Source of the DNA: an uncultured bacterium
Lineage (GTDB): Bacteria; Verrucomicrobiota; Kiritimatiellia; PWTM01
Reading direction: 5' to 3'
NCBI GenBank assembly: GCA_937139365.1
Contig: CAKZPT010000062.1
Location: 5,422-69,421, forward strand
Length of the DNA stretch: 64,000 bases
The position numbers and the translations under genes were made by a program. The number at the start of each line of letters is the position of its first letter. Positions within the stretch are counted from its first letter, which is position 1. The notes below the pieces were generated by a model. The model saw nothing but the letters and a program-made list of their open reading frames with translations. It was not told where the DNA came from and made no database searches. Shown here in pieces: positions 9,146 to 19,391 of this stretch.

Positions 9146-9328
9146 GGTGCCATCCTTTCGTTCCGAACTCTGAAGGCGCTGGGCAGGACATGGCAAGGCG
9201 TTTCGAGGTGACCGGGCGGGGTGGCGCCACGTCGTCGCGCCGCCCTCCGCGCCCCTCCGCAGCCCAACCGGGGAAATTCTCCCTGACCGGCGGGCCACAG
9301 CCGGCAGACGAGACCGGAGGAGATGCCC

Positions 9329-9404
<76 letters not shown>

Positions 9405-9826
9405 ACGGGTCGCGGTCCGGACCAATAGAGACCGGACAAACTCGGAGCATACTCCGCGGGCACCGGCAGTCAAGAGAACCGCCGCGCCCCCCCGAGTCCG
9501 GCGGCACCGCCCGGACGGCGAACCGACCCGTCAACGCGCCGCGGCGGCGATCGCAAGGGACCACCAGCGACAGCCCGCCACGGAAGGACGCCGTTCCTTG
9601 TGGTGGATGCAACGTCGGGCCTTGCGAAATGTGAAGCGACGGGGCCGAGCCGGACCGGCCGGCCCTGCTCCCGCCGCGGGCCCAGACGGGGGCGCCAAAG
9701 GCCATCTCCCTGCAGTCCGCCTTTCGGCGTTGGAGTCCGGCGTCCGGCGAACCCGGGCGCGCGGCGGCTTGCGGAGCGCCAGGTTGTGCGGTTGAGTACC
9801 CCGGCGATGCGCCGGAGAAAACCATC

Positions 9827-10999
9827 ATGAGCCCGGAGATCAGCGAAGCCCGAGCGCTGGACCACCTGATGGCGTTGCTGCGAATCGAGGGGTTGAGCGG
9901 CGACGAGGGGGCGGTGGCCGACGAGGTCCGCCGCCGCCTGATCGAAGCCGGATGGCCGGCCTCCGCCATCCGACACGACGGGGCCGCGCGACGCCTCGGC
10001 CCGAACTTCAAGGTCGGCAACCTGATCGCCCGCCTGCCCGGCCGCGCCGGTGGGGCGCGGCGGATGTTCGTCGGCCACATGGACACCGTGCCGCTGTGCC
10101 GCAGAGCCGTGCCGGTGCGGAAGGACGGGCGGATCGTCGCGCGCGGCGCGACGGCGGTGCGGGCGGACAATCGAACCGCCGTGGCCGCGATCGTCACCGC
10201 CGCCGAGGCGCTGCGGACCTCCGGCGCGCGCCATCCACCGCTGACGCTCCTGTTCACCATCGCCGAGGAGATCGGGTTACATGGCGCCAAGGAGGTGCGG
10301 CCAGCGGATCTCGGCCGGCCGGCAATGGCGTTCAACTTCGACTCCGGCGATCCCGCGCGGATCATCGTTGGGGCGATCGGCGCGACGCGATGGGAGGCGG
10401 TACTCCATGGCCGGTCGAGCCATGCCGGCATGCATCCCGAGGAGGGGGTGTCCGCGATGCTGGCGGCCGGCCGCGCCATCGCGGAGCTGGGCGACCGCGG
10501 CTGGTTCGGCCGGATCCGGCGCGGTCGCCAGGCCGGCACCGCGAACGTTGGCATCATCCGAGGCGGGGAGGCGACCAACCAGGTGACCGACCTCGTCACG
10601 GTGCGCGGCGAATGCCGCAGCCATCGGGCCGCGTTTCTGACCCGCATCACGGCGGCGTACGAGGCGGCCTTCCGGCGGGCGGCGCGGTCGGTGCGGAACG
10701 TCCGCGGGCAGCGGGCGTCGGTCGAGTTCCGGACGCAGTCGGACTATCGCGCCTTCCGTCTCCCGGAGAGTCATCCGGCGGTGTGCACGGCCCTTCGGGC
10801 GGCTCGGGACCTCGGGTTACATCCCGTGACCGAGGTCGTGGACGGCGGGCTGGATGCCAACCCGCTGGTCGAAAAAGGCATTCCGACGGTGACGCTGGGC
10901 GCCGGCCAACACGGGGCGCACAGCGTGGACGAGTACGTGGACATCGCCGAATACCTTGCGGGCTGCCGGTTGGCGCTCCGGTTGATGACCGCCGATTGA
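9827..10999 (+). CDS. M20/M42-family metallopeptidase (peptidase T/ArgE/DapE-like)
   Basis: FVGHMDTVP metal-binding motif, TIAEEIGLHGA, and GGEATNQV...HS in the dimerisation-domain region; 390 aa. Confidence 0.8.
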   Translation: MSPEISEARALDHLMALLRIEGLSGDEGAVADEVRRRLIEAGWPASAIRHDGAARRLGPNFKVGNLIARLPGRAGGARRMFVGHMDTVPLCRRAVPVRKDGRIVARGATAVRADNRTAVAAIVTAAEALRTSGARHPPLTLLFTIAEEIGLHGAKEVRPADLGRPAMAFNFDSGDPARIIVGAIGATRWEAVLHGRSSHAGMHPEEGVSAMLAAGRAIAELGDRGWFGRIRRGRQAGTANVGIIRGGEATNQVTDLVTVRGECRSHRAAFLTRITAAYEAAFRRAARSVRNVRGQRASVEFRTQSDYRAFRLPESHPAVCTALRAARDLGLHPVTEVVDGGLDANPLVEKGIPTVTLGAGQHGAHSVDEYVDIAEYLAGCRLALRLMTAD

Positions 11000-11026
11000 T
11001 TTGCCGCCGGCACGGGGCGGGAAACA

Positions 11027-11638
11027 TCAGCGGGGCGGCGGGTCGCGGGCAAGCGCGGTCTCGACGACCGGGCCAATCACCGCCGCGGCTTCGGCCGAGG
11101 GATGCAGGCCGTCGGGAACCAGCGCCGCAAAGTGCGCCGGCTCGCCGCGAAGGAGGCCCATCCAGACCGGCTCCAGGTCCACCAGCAGGCACCCGCGGCG
11201 CAGGGCGGTCTGCCGCCACAGGGCATAATGCTCAGCCAGACAGGGCCGCTGCCGGGCGTACGGGCCGGCCACGGGATGCGTGATCATCACCGCCGCCCGC
11301 GCGGCCGGCCGCGAGGCCGCCAGGGCATCCAGCATCACCTCGAGGTTGCGCGTCGAACGCTCCACCGGGCAGTTCCGCCGGGCGTCGGCGTCGTTGACGG
11401 CAAACTCGAAGAGCACCAGATCGGGTTGGAGGGCCAACACGCGCGGGCCAAACGCGCGGACGGCATCATCGGAGGTCCAGCCCCACGCCGAGCGGTTGAG
11501 AAGCCGCACCACCCCACCCATCCGCCGCCGCAGCTCGCCGACCCAGGCCCCACCGCAGCGACGCCATGGCCAGCGCGAAGACTCTGCCGAGAGGCTGCTG
11601 CCGTAGACGACCCAAACGGGCGCGGCGGGGCCGTTCAT
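11027..11638 (-). CDS. SGNH/GDSL-family hydrolase
   Basis: The C-terminal 203 aa of track ORF 11027..12784 starting at MNGPAAPVWVVYGSSLS (GDS-type block I), with DLVLFEFAVNDA (block III) and DGLHPS (block V). The ATG at 11638 overlaps the stop of the upstream permease (ATGA). Confidence 0.75.
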   Translation of the reverse strand: MNGPAAPVWVVYGSSLSAESSRWPWRRCGGAWVGELRRRMGGVVRLLNRSAWGWTSDDAVRAFGPRVLALQPDLVLFEFAVNDADARRNCPVERSTRNLEVMLDALAASRPAARAAVMITHPVAGPYARQRPCLAEHYALWRQTALRRGCLLVDLEPVWMGLLRGEPAHFAALVPDGLHPSAEAAAVIGPVVETALARDPPPR

Positions 11639-12912
11639 CGCCAGATCCACCACAGCACGGCCCCGCCCGCCGCAACGGCGGCCAGGGTGAACGGCAGTCC
11701 GACGCGGACGAACTCTCCGAACCCGACGGGGTACCCCTCGCGGCGGAGCAGCCCGATGGCGACGACGTTGGCCGAGGCGCCGATGGGCGTGATGTTTCCG
11801 CCGAGGCACGATCCGACCAGCAGCCCGAAGAGCAGGAGCGCCGGCTCGGCGGCGCCGACATGCCCGGCGATGGACCGGGTGACGGGGATCATCGCCGCAA
11901 GGAAAGGCACGTTGTCCACGAACCCCGACACCGCGACGCTGAGGCCGAGGATCAGCAGAAATGCGCGTCCGAGGCTGCCGCCCGCCCAGCCGGCCATCGC
12001 CTCGGCCAATCGTTCGAGCCAGCCCGAGCGGCCGAGGCAGCCGACGAGGACGAAGACGCCGGCCAGGAAGAAGGTCGTGTCCCAGTCCAGCGTCCGGACG
12101 AGGTCGCCTACGCGCCCCCAGTGGGGCACTCTCCGGTACCAGAGCACGCCGACCAGGCCGAGGCCCATGGCCAGGGCGCCGGCCATCCAGCGGAAATCGG
12201 GGTCGAACCGGTGCGTCGTGGTCAGGCCGAGCACCAGCATCGCCAGCAGGACGGTGGGCACGAGGGATCGGGGCCGTTCCACGGCGACAACGTCCATGGG
12301 GGCGCGGTGGCGGCGGAGCAGAAACGCGGCGATGGCGAATGAGGCCACGGCGCCGGCCTGGACGACGAAGAAGATCGAGGGACGGCCGCGGTGAATGAAG
12401 AAGTCGTTGAACGAGAGTTTCATCGAGCCGGCGAGGATCATGCTTGGCGGATCGCCGATCAGCGTGGCGGTGCCCTGGAGGTTGGAACAGATGGCGATCA
12501 GGATCAGCAGGCGCACGGGGGACACGCCAAGCTTCCGGCAGAGGCTGAGGGCGACGGGGGCCACCAGCAAAACGACGGCGACGTTTTCGAGGACGATGGA
12601 CATCGCCGACGCGAGCGCGCAGATGGCCAGCATCGCGCCGGTGCCGGTCCGCGCGCGGACCAGCATCCACTCGGCGAGGACGGCGGGCATCCGCGACTGC
12701 ATGAACAGCTCGGCCAGCACCAAGGTCCCGAAGAACAGCAGGAGGACGTTCCAGGAGATGTACTCGACGAGCGCAGCCCGCCACGGCGCGGCGCCGGTCG
12801 CGACGGCGAGGGCGGCGGCCGCGACGGCGACGACGGAGCGCCGGCGGGGAAACAGGACGAACAGTGCGTAGGCGCCGGCGAAGAGCGCTAGGGCCAGCCA
12901 GGAGGGGGCCAT
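11635..12912 (-). CDS. ArsB/NhaD-superfamily anion permease (YbiR/citrate-transporter-like)
   Basis: ORF 11635..12960, trimmed to the ATG at 12912 (MAPSWLALALFAGAYALF). A polytopic membrane protein with duplicated halves (GDPPSMILAGSM / GGNITPIGASANVV). Confidence 0.8.
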   Translation of the reverse strand: MAPSWLALALFAGAYALFVLFPRRRSVVAVAAAALAVATGAAPWRAALVEYISWNVLLLFFGTLVLAELFMQSRMPAVLAEWMLVRARTGTGAMLAICALASAMSIVLENVAVVLLVAPVALSLCRKLGVSPVRLLILIAICSNLQGTATLIGDPPSMILAGSMKLSFNDFFIHRGRPSIFFVVQAGAVASFAIAAFLLRRHRAPMDVVAVERPRSLVPTVLLAMLVLGLTTTHRFDPDFRWMAGALAMGLGLVGVLWYRRVPHWGRVGDLVRTLDWDTTFFLAGVFVLVGCLGRSGWLERLAEAMAGWAGGSLGRAFLLILGLSVAVSGFVDNVPFLAAMIPVTRSIAGHVGAAEPALLLFGLLVGSCLGGNITPIGASANVVAIGLLRREGYPVGFGEFVRVGLPFTLAAVAAGGAVLWWIWR

Positions 12913-13008
12913 GGCGTCCTCAACCCCCCGCCCGGCGGAACATCCGGTCCCGCCCGCCAACGGCCCGCTCGTGCGCGCGCCGCGCGGTCCTTCGAGGCAT
13001 GCGCGGGG

Positions 13009-13398
13009 TCACGCCGACTGCAACACCATGTTGGCGTAATGGATCGTGTCGCCGGTGCGGATCAGGCCCACGGCGGCCGGGACGCGACGCTTGAGTTCGA
13101 CGTGTGGTTCGTAGATCACGGGCATGCCCTCCAACGCCCGGGCGAACCGCTCGCGCACCTCGGCAGTGTTCTCGCGGAGGAATTCCTCGGCCATCCACGC
13201 CTGCCCGATGACGAAGTTGGGGCGGAGGGCCCTTAGGACGTCGAGCACGGTTGGGATGTCGTCCACCAGCGAGAGGTCCACGGTCTCCAGGCCGGGCCAG
13301 GAGGGAAAGCCGCGGTCGGCGATGACCAGGGTGTTGGTGTGGCGGACGCGGCTGAGCAGGGAGTTGACGTGCGGGTTGAGGATGCCGCTTTTCCACAT
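13009..13398 (-). CDS. RbsD/FucU-family sugar mutarotase/pyranase
   Basis: GILNPHVNSLLSRVRHTNTLVIADRGFP and the C-terminal HYANMV match the RbsD/FucU family; 129 aa. Confidence 0.75.
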   Translation of the reverse strand: MWKSGILNPHVNSLLSRVRHTNTLVIADRGFPSWPGLETVDLSLVDDIPTVLDVLRALRPNFVIGQAWMAEEFLRENTAEVRERFARALEGMPVIYEPHVELKRRVPAAVGLIRTGDTIHYANMVLQSA

Positions 13399-13422
13399 AA
13401 CGTCGGCCTCCGGCGGACCGGC

Positions 13423-13785
13423 TCAGGTGGCGGCGGGGGGGGCGTCGCCGGCGGAGGGCGGCGGGTCGTCGATCGGGGCCGGCGGTTCGACGGGCCGGCG
13501 GTCGTCGGGGCGGAACTCGCGGCGCCGGTCGCGGTGGCGCCGGTGACGTCCGCCGCCCTGGAAATTTCCGCGGTTGCGGAACTCCTGGCCGGACCGCTGG
13601 TTGCCGTACCCCTGGCCGTACGCTTGGCCGTAGCCGCCATAGGTGCCATAGCCAGTCTGACCATAGCCGGTGGCGCGGTTGTAACCGCTGGCACCGCCGT
13701 TGCCGCGCTGTTGGAGTTCGTTGGCGATGTCGCGCAGGAGGCGCGCCAGTTCGGCCATCGGCATGTGACGAAGGTCCATTCTCAC
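13423..13785 (-). CDS. Hypothetical Gly/Tyr-rich, Arg-rich low-complexity protein (120 aa)
   Basis: A strong SD (GGAAGGAG) precedes the ATG. N-terminal helix MRMDLRHMPMAELARLLRDIANELQQRG, then GYNRATGYGQTGYGTYGGYGQAYGQGYGN and an RHRRHRDRRREFRPDDRR tail. It sits between fabF and rbsD in the same orientation. Confidence 0.45.
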   Translation of the reverse strand: MRMDLRHMPMAELARLLRDIANELQQRGNGGASGYNRATGYGQTGYGTYGGYGQAYGQGYGNQRSGQEFRNRGNFQGGGRHRRHRDRRREFRPDDRRPVEPPAPIDDPPPSAGDAPPAAT

Positions 13786-13846
13786 TGTCCGTCTCCTTCC
13801 CCTCCCCGTGGCCGCGCCGCCGCCCGCCGGCGGGGCGCGCGGGGCG

Positions 13847-15091
13847 TCAGACGGCCTTGAAGCACAACGTGGCGTTGTGCCCGCCGAACCCGAGCGAGTT
13901 CTTCAGGCAGACGCGCACACGGGCCTCGCGGGCCTGGTTGGGCACGTAGTCGAGGTCGCACTCCGGATCGGGGGTCTGCTGGTTGATCGTCGGCGGCACG
14001 GCGCCGCGGTGGATCGCCAGCGCACAGGCGGCCGACTCGACGCCGCCGGCGGCGCCCAGCAGGTGGCCGATCATGGACTTGGTCGAGCTGATCATCGTCC
14101 GCCGCGCGGCCGACTCGCCGAGGGCGGCCTTGATCGCGAGGGTCTCGCACCGGTCGTTGAGCTGGGTGCTGGTGCCATGGGCGTTGATGTAGTCCACCTC
14201 GTCGGGCGAAACGCCCGCCGTAGCCATCGCGCGGCGCATCGCCTCGGCGGCGCCGGCCCCCCGCTCATCCGGCGCGGTGATGTGGAAGGCGTCGCAGGTG
14301 GCGCCGTAGCCGGCGACCTCGCAGTAGATGCGGGCACCCCGGCGCGCGGCGCGGCCGTACTCTTCGATCACGAGCGCGCCGGCGCCCTCACCGATCACGA
14401 AGCCGTCCCGGTCGCGGTCAAAGGGCCGGCTGGCGCCGACGGGATCGTCGTTGCGGGTGCTGAGGGCCTTCATCGCGCAGAAGCCCCCGAGGCCCAGCTC
14501 CATCACGGCGGCCTCGCTGCCGCCGGCGATGATGATGTCCGCCTCGTCTTCCCGGATCGCCCGCAGCGCCTCGCCGATCGAGTGAGTGCCGGTGGCGCAG
14601 GCGGAGACGACGGCGAAATTCGGTCCGCGAAGCCCGAACTCGATGGCCACCAGCCCGGGGAGCATGTTGGTGATCATCTGCGGGATCATGAAGGGCGAGA
14701 AGCGCGACGGGCCGCGCTCATGGTAGAGGCGGGTCTGCTGAAACAGGATGTAAAGGCCACCGATCCCGCTGCTCATCAACACGCCGGCCCGCCACGGATC
14801 CTCGCGGGAAAAATCGAGCCCGGCGTCGGCGACCGCCATTTTCGCGGCCGCTAGCCCGTAATGGCAAAACGGGTCCATCCGCCGCTGCTCCTTGCGGGGG
14901 ATGAACCGGTCCACGTCGAAATCCGCGACCTCGCCGGCGATGCGTGAATCGAAGGCGGAGGCGTCGAACTTCGAGATTGGGCGAACGCCGGACTCGCCGC
15001 GGAGCATGCGCGCCCAAACGGTGTCGAGGTCGCACCCCAGGGGGGTGACCCACCCCAACCCCGTGACGACGGCCCGGCGTCCTTCCGCCAC
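13847..15091 (-). CDS. fabF: Beta-ketoacyl-ACP synthase II
   Basis: 414 aa with a KAS II signature throughout ([12 protein letters not shown], the active-site Cys region [13 protein letters not shown], and [17 protein letters not shown]). Confidence 0.95.
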   Translation of the reverse strand: MAEGRRAVVTGLGWVTPLGCDLDTVWARMLRGESGVRPISKFDASAFDSRIAGEVADFDVDRFIPRKEQRRMDPFCHYGLAAAKMAVADAGLDFSREDPWRAGVLMSSGIGGLYILFQQTRLYHERGPSRFSPFMIPQMITNMLPGLVAIEFGLRGPNFAVVSACATGTHSIGEALRAIREDEADIIIAGGSEAAVMELGLGGFCAMKALSTRNDDPVGASRPFDRDRDGFVIGEGAGALVIEEYGRAARRGARIYCEVAGYGATCDAFHITAPDERGAGAAEAMRRAMATAGVSPDEVDYINAHGTSTQLNDRCETLAIKAALGESAARRTMISSTKSMIGHLLGAAGGVESAACALAIHRGAVPPTINQQTPDPECDLDYVPNQAREARVRVCLKNSLGFGGHNATLCFKAV

Positions 15092-15143
15092 TGGTCGCTC
15101 CCGAAGGCCCGGCCCGCCGCCGTGGGGGGCGGGCCGCGCCGCG

Positions 15144-15386
15144 TCACTCGTCCTTGAAGCCCTTCTCGCGCAGGTAGTTGATCACCGCGCCGACGGTCGT
15201 GAGCTTCTCGGCGTCCTCGTCCGGGATCTCGGCCTTGAAGGCCTCCTCGAATGCCATGATCAGCTCGACCGTGTCGAGCGAGTCGGCGCCGAGATCCTCG
15301 ATGAACGACGCCTCCGGCGTGACCTGCTCAGGGTTGACGTCGAGTTGGTCCACGATGATCTTCTTCACCTTTTCTTCGAGTGACAT
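15144..15386 (-). CDS. acpP: Acyl carrier protein
   Basis: 80 aa, [18 protein letters not shown] (phosphopantetheine-attachment Ser). Confidence 0.95.
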   Translation of the reverse strand: MSLEEKVKKIIVDQLDVNPEQVTPEASFIEDLGADSLDTVELIMAFEEAFKAEIPDEDAEKLTTVGAVINYLREKGFKDE

Positions 15387-15417
15387 GTCGTGTGTCTCCT
15401 TCGCTCTGCCTGGCGGA

Positions 15418-16164
15418 TCACGCCATCACCATGCCTCCGCACACCGAGATCACCTGGCCGGTGATGTAGGCCGACTCGTCGCCGGCCAGAAACAGCACCG
15501 TCCGGGCGACGTCATCCGGCTCGCCGAACCGCCCCAACGGAATCGCGCCCAGCATCCGCTGGCGCGCCTCCTCGGGCAGCTTGTCGGTCATCGCCGTCCG
15601 GATGAACCCCGGCGCGACGGCGTTGACCCGCACGTTGCGCGACGCCAGCTCCCGGGCCGCGGTCTTCGTCAGGGCGATCACCCCGCCCTTGGATGCCGCG
15701 TAATTCGCCTGCCCGGCGTTGCCCATCAGCCCGATGACCGAGGCGATGTTCACGATCGACCCCGAGCGCTGCCGAATCATCGTCCGAGCGACGGCCTTTG
15801 TAAACAGGAATACGCCCTTCAGGTTGATGTTCAACACGGCGTCCCAGTCGGTCTCGCTCATCCGCACCAGAAACGTGTCGCGGGTGATGCCGGCATTGTT
15901 GACCAGCACATCGAGGCGCCCCAGCGCCTCCACGACGCGGTCCACCCCCGCCTGCACCTGGTCGGCGCGGCTGACGTCGCAGGCGAACACCTCCGCCCGC
16001 CGCCCCGTCTGGCGGATGCGACCGGCGGTCTCTTCCAGCCATCCGGCCTCCAGGTCGCAAACGGCGACGTCGGCCCCCGCGGCGGCCAAGCGCGCGGCGA
16101 TGGCCTGTCCGATGCCGCGCGCCGCGCCCGTGACGAGGGCGACCCTGCCATCCAGCAAACCCAT
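15418..16164 (-). CDS. fabG: 3-oxoacyl-ACP reductase
   Basis: ORF trimmed to the ATG at 16164 ([23 protein letters not shown]). SDR motifs NNAG and YAASKGG; 248 aa. Confidence 0.9.
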   Translation of the reverse strand: MGLLDGRVALVTGAARGIGQAIAARLAAAGADVAVCDLEAGWLEETAGRIRQTGRRAEVFACDVSRADQVQAGVDRVVEALGRLDVLVNNAGITRDTFLVRMSETDWDAVLNINLKGVFLFTKAVARTMIRQRSGSIVNIASVIGLMGNAGQANYAASKGGVIALTKTAARELASRNVRVNAVAPGFIRTAMTDKLPEEARQRMLGAIPLGRFGEPDDVARTVLFLAGDESAYITGQVISVCGGMVMA

Positions 16165-16207
16165 AAAATGATGCGTCTTTCGACCGAGAGGTTCCCGCCC
16201 CCGGACG

Positions 16208-17131
16208 TCAAAGGGCCGGGGCGACCGACTCCAGCCCCGGAAGGTCCGAGATGGTATGAACTTCGGCGGCTTTGTCAATGCGGCGCAACAGCCCGGCCAG
16301 CACGCGGCCCGGACCGCATTCGACGTGGCGGCGCACGCCGAGGTCCCGCAAGGCGGTGACGCAGTCCACCCAGCGGACGGGGGAGGTCACCTGTTCGACC
16401 ATCCGCCGGCGGATGGCCGCGGGATCGGCGTCGTGGGGCTGCCCGGTGACGTTCGAAATCACGGGGTGCGAGGGCGGGTTGAAGCGCACCGGCCCGAGAA
16501 ACTCCTCCAGCCGCGCCGCGGCGGGGGCCATCAGGGAGGAATGGAACGCCCCGGCGACCTGCAGCGGGATGACCCTTCGGGCGCCCCGTTCGGCGGCCAG
16601 ACGGGCGGCGGCGGCGACCGCCTCCTTCGGGCCGGACAGGACCGTTTGTTCCGGGGAGTTGAAGTTGGCCAGCTCCACGCCCGCCTCGCGCGCCAGCGCC
16701 GCGAGGGCGGCCGGCTCCATGCCGATGACGCTGACCATCCCGCCCGGCGTGCGCTCGCACGCCTCCTGCATGAACCGCCCCCGGGCCTCCAGCACGCGCA
16801 CGGCATCCTCGAACGAGAGCACGCCGGCCGAATGGAGCGCGGCCCACTCGCCCGAACTCAGCCCGGCGGCCGCCGTCCATTTGAGGCTGGGGTGAGCGGC
16901 GAGCAGGGCGGTTTCGCAAATGACGCTGACGACGAAGATCGCCGGCTGTGCGCGGTCGGAGCGGGTCAGTTCCTCTGCAGGCCCCTCGGCGCAGAGGCGG
17001 GCCAGGTCGAAGCCGAGCACGTCGGAGGCGCGGCGGAACAGCACGGCGGAGTCCGGCCGCGACGCGAAATCGGCCCCCATGCCCACGGTTTGCGCGCCTT
17101 GACCGGGAAACAACGCGGCGGTCGGTGTCAT
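16208..17131 (-). CDS. fabD: Malonyl-CoA:ACP transacylase
   Basis: The C-terminal 307 aa of track ORF 16208..18364 from [14 protein letters not shown], with [10 protein letters not shown] (active-site GxSxG). The ATG at 17131 overlaps the fabH stop. Confidence 0.9.
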   Translation of the reverse strand: MTPTAALFPGQGAQTVGMGADFASRPDSAVLFRRASDVLGFDLARLCAEGPAEELTRSDRAQPAIFVVSVICETALLAAHPSLKWTAAAGLSSGEWAALHSAGVLSFEDAVRVLEARGRFMQEACERTPGGMVSVIGMEPAALAALAREAGVELANFNSPEQTVLSGPKEAVAAAARLAAERGARRVIPLQVAGAFHSSLMAPAAARLEEFLGPVRFNPPSHPVISNVTGQPHDADPAAIRRRMVEQVTSPVRWVDCVTALRDLGVRRHVECGPGRVLAGLLRRIDKAAEVHTISDLPGLESVAPAL

Positions 17132-18162
17132 GTCGGTTGGATCCATTCCAACACGCTCGCCCCCCACGTGAAGCCGGCGCCGAAGGCGACCATCAGCACG
17201 AGGTCGCCGTCGCGGATCCGGCCGTCGCGGACGGCCTCGTCCAACGCCAGCCCGATCGAGGCGGCCGAGGTGTTGCCGTAGCGTTCGACGTTGATGATGA
17301 AGCGGTCGGCGGGACATCCCAGCCGTTCGCCGATGGCGGCGATGATGCGCAGGTTGGCCTGGTGGGGGATGACCCAACGTATGTCCTGGATGCCCAGGCC
17401 GGCGCGATGGAGCGCAGTCCGGGCCGCCTGGGCCATGTGGGTGACAGCATGCCGGAAGACCTCGCGCCCCCGCATGCGCAAATAATGCTCCCCTGCGGCG
17501 ACGGTGGCGGCGCTCGCAGGGCGGCGCGAACCACCGGCGGGAAGATAGAGGAGGTCGGCGAGGGAGCCGTCGGATCCCAGCACGGTGGAGAGGATGCCGC
17601 GGCGGCCGGCCGGAGCGGGTTTGAGCACCGCCGCGCCGGCCCCGTCGCCGAACAGCACGCAGGTGGAACGATCCTTCCAGTCGAGAATCGCGCTCATCTT
17701 TTCCGCCCCGATCACCAGCGCATTGGGGACTGCGCCAGTCTCGACCAGGCGGCGAGCCATCTCGAGGCCGTACAGAAACCCCGAGCAGGCGGCCTCGAGG
17801 CCGACGCAGAAGGCGTGGCGGGCGCCGAGGCGGCTCTGAACGAGGCAAGCGGTGTTCGGGAAGGGATGGTCGGGGGTGATGGTGGCGACCGCGATCATCC
17901 CGACGTCGGCCGGCGCCAGACGGGCCGACTGCAGGGCCTTCCGCGCGGCCTCGAGGGCGAGGTCCGAGGTGGCCTCGTGGTCCGCGGCGATACGCCGCTC
18001 CCGCATCCCGGTGCGCTCGACGATCCACTCGTGGGAGGTCTCCACCATCCGCTCCAGGTCGCGGTTGGTCAGCACCCGGGCCGGCACATGCGCGCCGCAG
18101 CCGGCGATGGCGACGGGCCGTGCCGGCGGCGGCGGACGGGACGGGTGGGGCGGGCTGCTCAC
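17128..18162 (-). CDS. fabH: Beta-ketoacyl-ACP synthase III
   Basis: FabH body VAIAGCGAHVPARVLTNRDLERMVETSHEWIVERTGMRERRIA...CSGFLYGL...HQANLRI...GNTSAAS. There is no in-frame ATG near the N-terminus. The proposed GTG at 18162 overlaps the plsX stop (GTGA) and gives a Pro-rich 16-aa leader. The start is uncertain. Confidence 0.8.
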   Translation of the reverse strand: MSSPPHPSRPPPPARPVAIAGCGAHVPARVLTNRDLERMVETSHEWIVERTGMRERRIAADHEATSDLALEAARKALQSARLAPADVGMIAVATITPDHPFPNTACLVQSRLGARHAFCVGLEAACSGFLYGLEMARRLVETGAVPNALVIGAEKMSAILDWKDRSTCVLFGDGAGAAVLKPAPAGRRGILSTVLGSDGSLADLLYLPAGGSRRPASAATVAAGEHYLRMRGREVFRHAVTHMAQAARTALHRAGLGIQDIRWVIPHQANLRIIAAIGERLGCPADRFIINVERYGNTSAASIGLALDEAVRDGRIRDGDLVLMVAFGAGFTWGASVLEWIQPT

Positions 18163-19163
18163 GCCGCGCCGAGCTCCGCGACGCCGGCCTGAACCTTGCC
18201 GGGCACCTCGCGCCGCACCGATTCCACCGCGACGCGGATGCCGTTGGCCACGGCCCGCGCATTCGAGGCGCCGTGGGCGATGATGCAGACACCGTTGACG
18301 CCCAGCAGCGGCGCGCCGCCGTACGAGGAGGCATCGGCGCGCCGCCGCAGGTCGGCCAGACCATGCCGGATCAGCCATGCGCCGATCCTGCGGGGCAGGT
18401 TGAGGGTCAGCGTCTCCCGGAGCAGATGGCCGAAGTAGTGAGCCACGCTCTCGCTGGTCTTGAGCACCACGTTGCCGACGAAACCGTCGCAAACGACGAC
18501 GTCCACCCGCTCCGTGAACAGATCGTGGCCCTCGACGTTGCCGGCGAAGTCGAGGCGGGAGGCGCGCAAGCGGCCAAAGGCCTCCCGCGTGATCTCGTTG
18601 CCCTTGGTCTCCTCCCCGCCGATGCTCATCAGGCCGACGCGCGGGCGCGGAATGCCGAGGACTTCGCGGGCGTAGACGGTGCCCATCACCGCGAATTGGA
18701 ACAACAGCTCCGGCGAGCAGTCCGTCGTGGCGCCCGCGTCGATCAGCACCCACGGCCGGCGGCCGCGGCCGGGCATGGAGGTGGCGATCGCCGGACGCAG
18801 CACGCCGCCGAGCGTCCGCAGCTTCAGCGTCGCCGCCGCCACCATCGCGCCGGTGTTGCCGGCGGAAAATACGGCGTCCGCCTCGCCCTGCTTGACCAGG
18901 TCCACCGCGCGGCTGATGGACGAGTCTTTTTTGCGTCGGATGGCGGCGGCGGGCGATTCGCCCATCTCGATCACCTCTCCGGCCGGCTCGACGCGCACCG
19001 TCGGCGGTAGGGAGGTTCCGCGGGGCAGCGCGGCGAGGATCTCGGGCTCGCGGCCGACCAGGATCAGCTCGACGTCCGGCGAAGTGGCTGCGGCCTGCAG
19101 CGTGCCGGCGACGACCTCCTGCGGAGCGTAGTCCCCGCCCATCGCGTCAATCGCAATGCGCAT
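18159..19163 (-). CDS. plsX: Phosphate acyltransferase PlsX
   Basis: Trimmed to the ATG at 19163 (MRIAIDAMGGDYAPQEVV). Canonical PlsX N-terminus. Confidence 0.9.
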   Translation of the reverse strand: MRIAIDAMGGDYAPQEVVAGTLQAAATSPDVELILVGREPEILAALPRGTSLPPTVRVEPAGEVIEMGESPAAAIRRKKDSSISRAVDLVKQGEADAVFSAGNTGAMVAAATLKLRTLGGVLRPAIATSMPGRGRRPWVLIDAGATTDCSPELLFQFAVMGTVYAREVLGIPRPRVGLMSIGGEETKGNEITREAFGRLRASRLDFAGNVEGHDLFTERVDVVVCDGFVGNVVLKTSESVAHYFGHLLRETLTLNLPRRIGAWLIRHGLADLRRRADASSYGGAPLLGVNGVCIIAHGASNARAVANGIRVAVESVRREVPGKVQAGVAELGAA

Positions 19164-19179
19164 GGCGCGCAACCGGGAC

Positions 19180-19365
19180 TCACTCCGCCGTCGACAGCGT
19201 TTCCACCTGCCGACCGGCATAGTAACCGCAGGCCGGACACACCCGGTGCGGCTGCGCCCACGCCTTGCACTTGGGGCACTTCGAGAGGGCCGGCTTGGGG
19301 CGCCGATGCGACCGGACCCGCATCTGCTTGCGGCTCTTCGACTTTCTGCGTTTCGGTACAGCCAT
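19180..19365 (-). CDS. rpmF: 50S ribosomal protein L32
   Basis: MAVPKRRKSKSRKQMRVRSHRRPKP...CPKCK...CPACGYY. Confidence 0.9.
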   Translation of the reverse strand: MAVPKRRKSKSRKQMRVRSHRRPKPALSKCPKCKAWAQPHRVCPACGYYAGRQVETLSTAE

Positions 19366-19391
19366 GTCCACTTTCTCCCATCGCCGGCCGC

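Noticed and set aside
11102-12784. Overlapping ORFs 11102..12394 (+) and the N-terminal 380 codons of 11027..12784 (-)
   Set aside because: These are alternate frames over the ArsB-like permease. Only the last 203 codons of the minus ORF (the SGNH hydrolase) have motif support.
16948-18192. 414-aa plus-strand ORF
   Set aside because: Antisense to fabD/fabH. No homology-like features.
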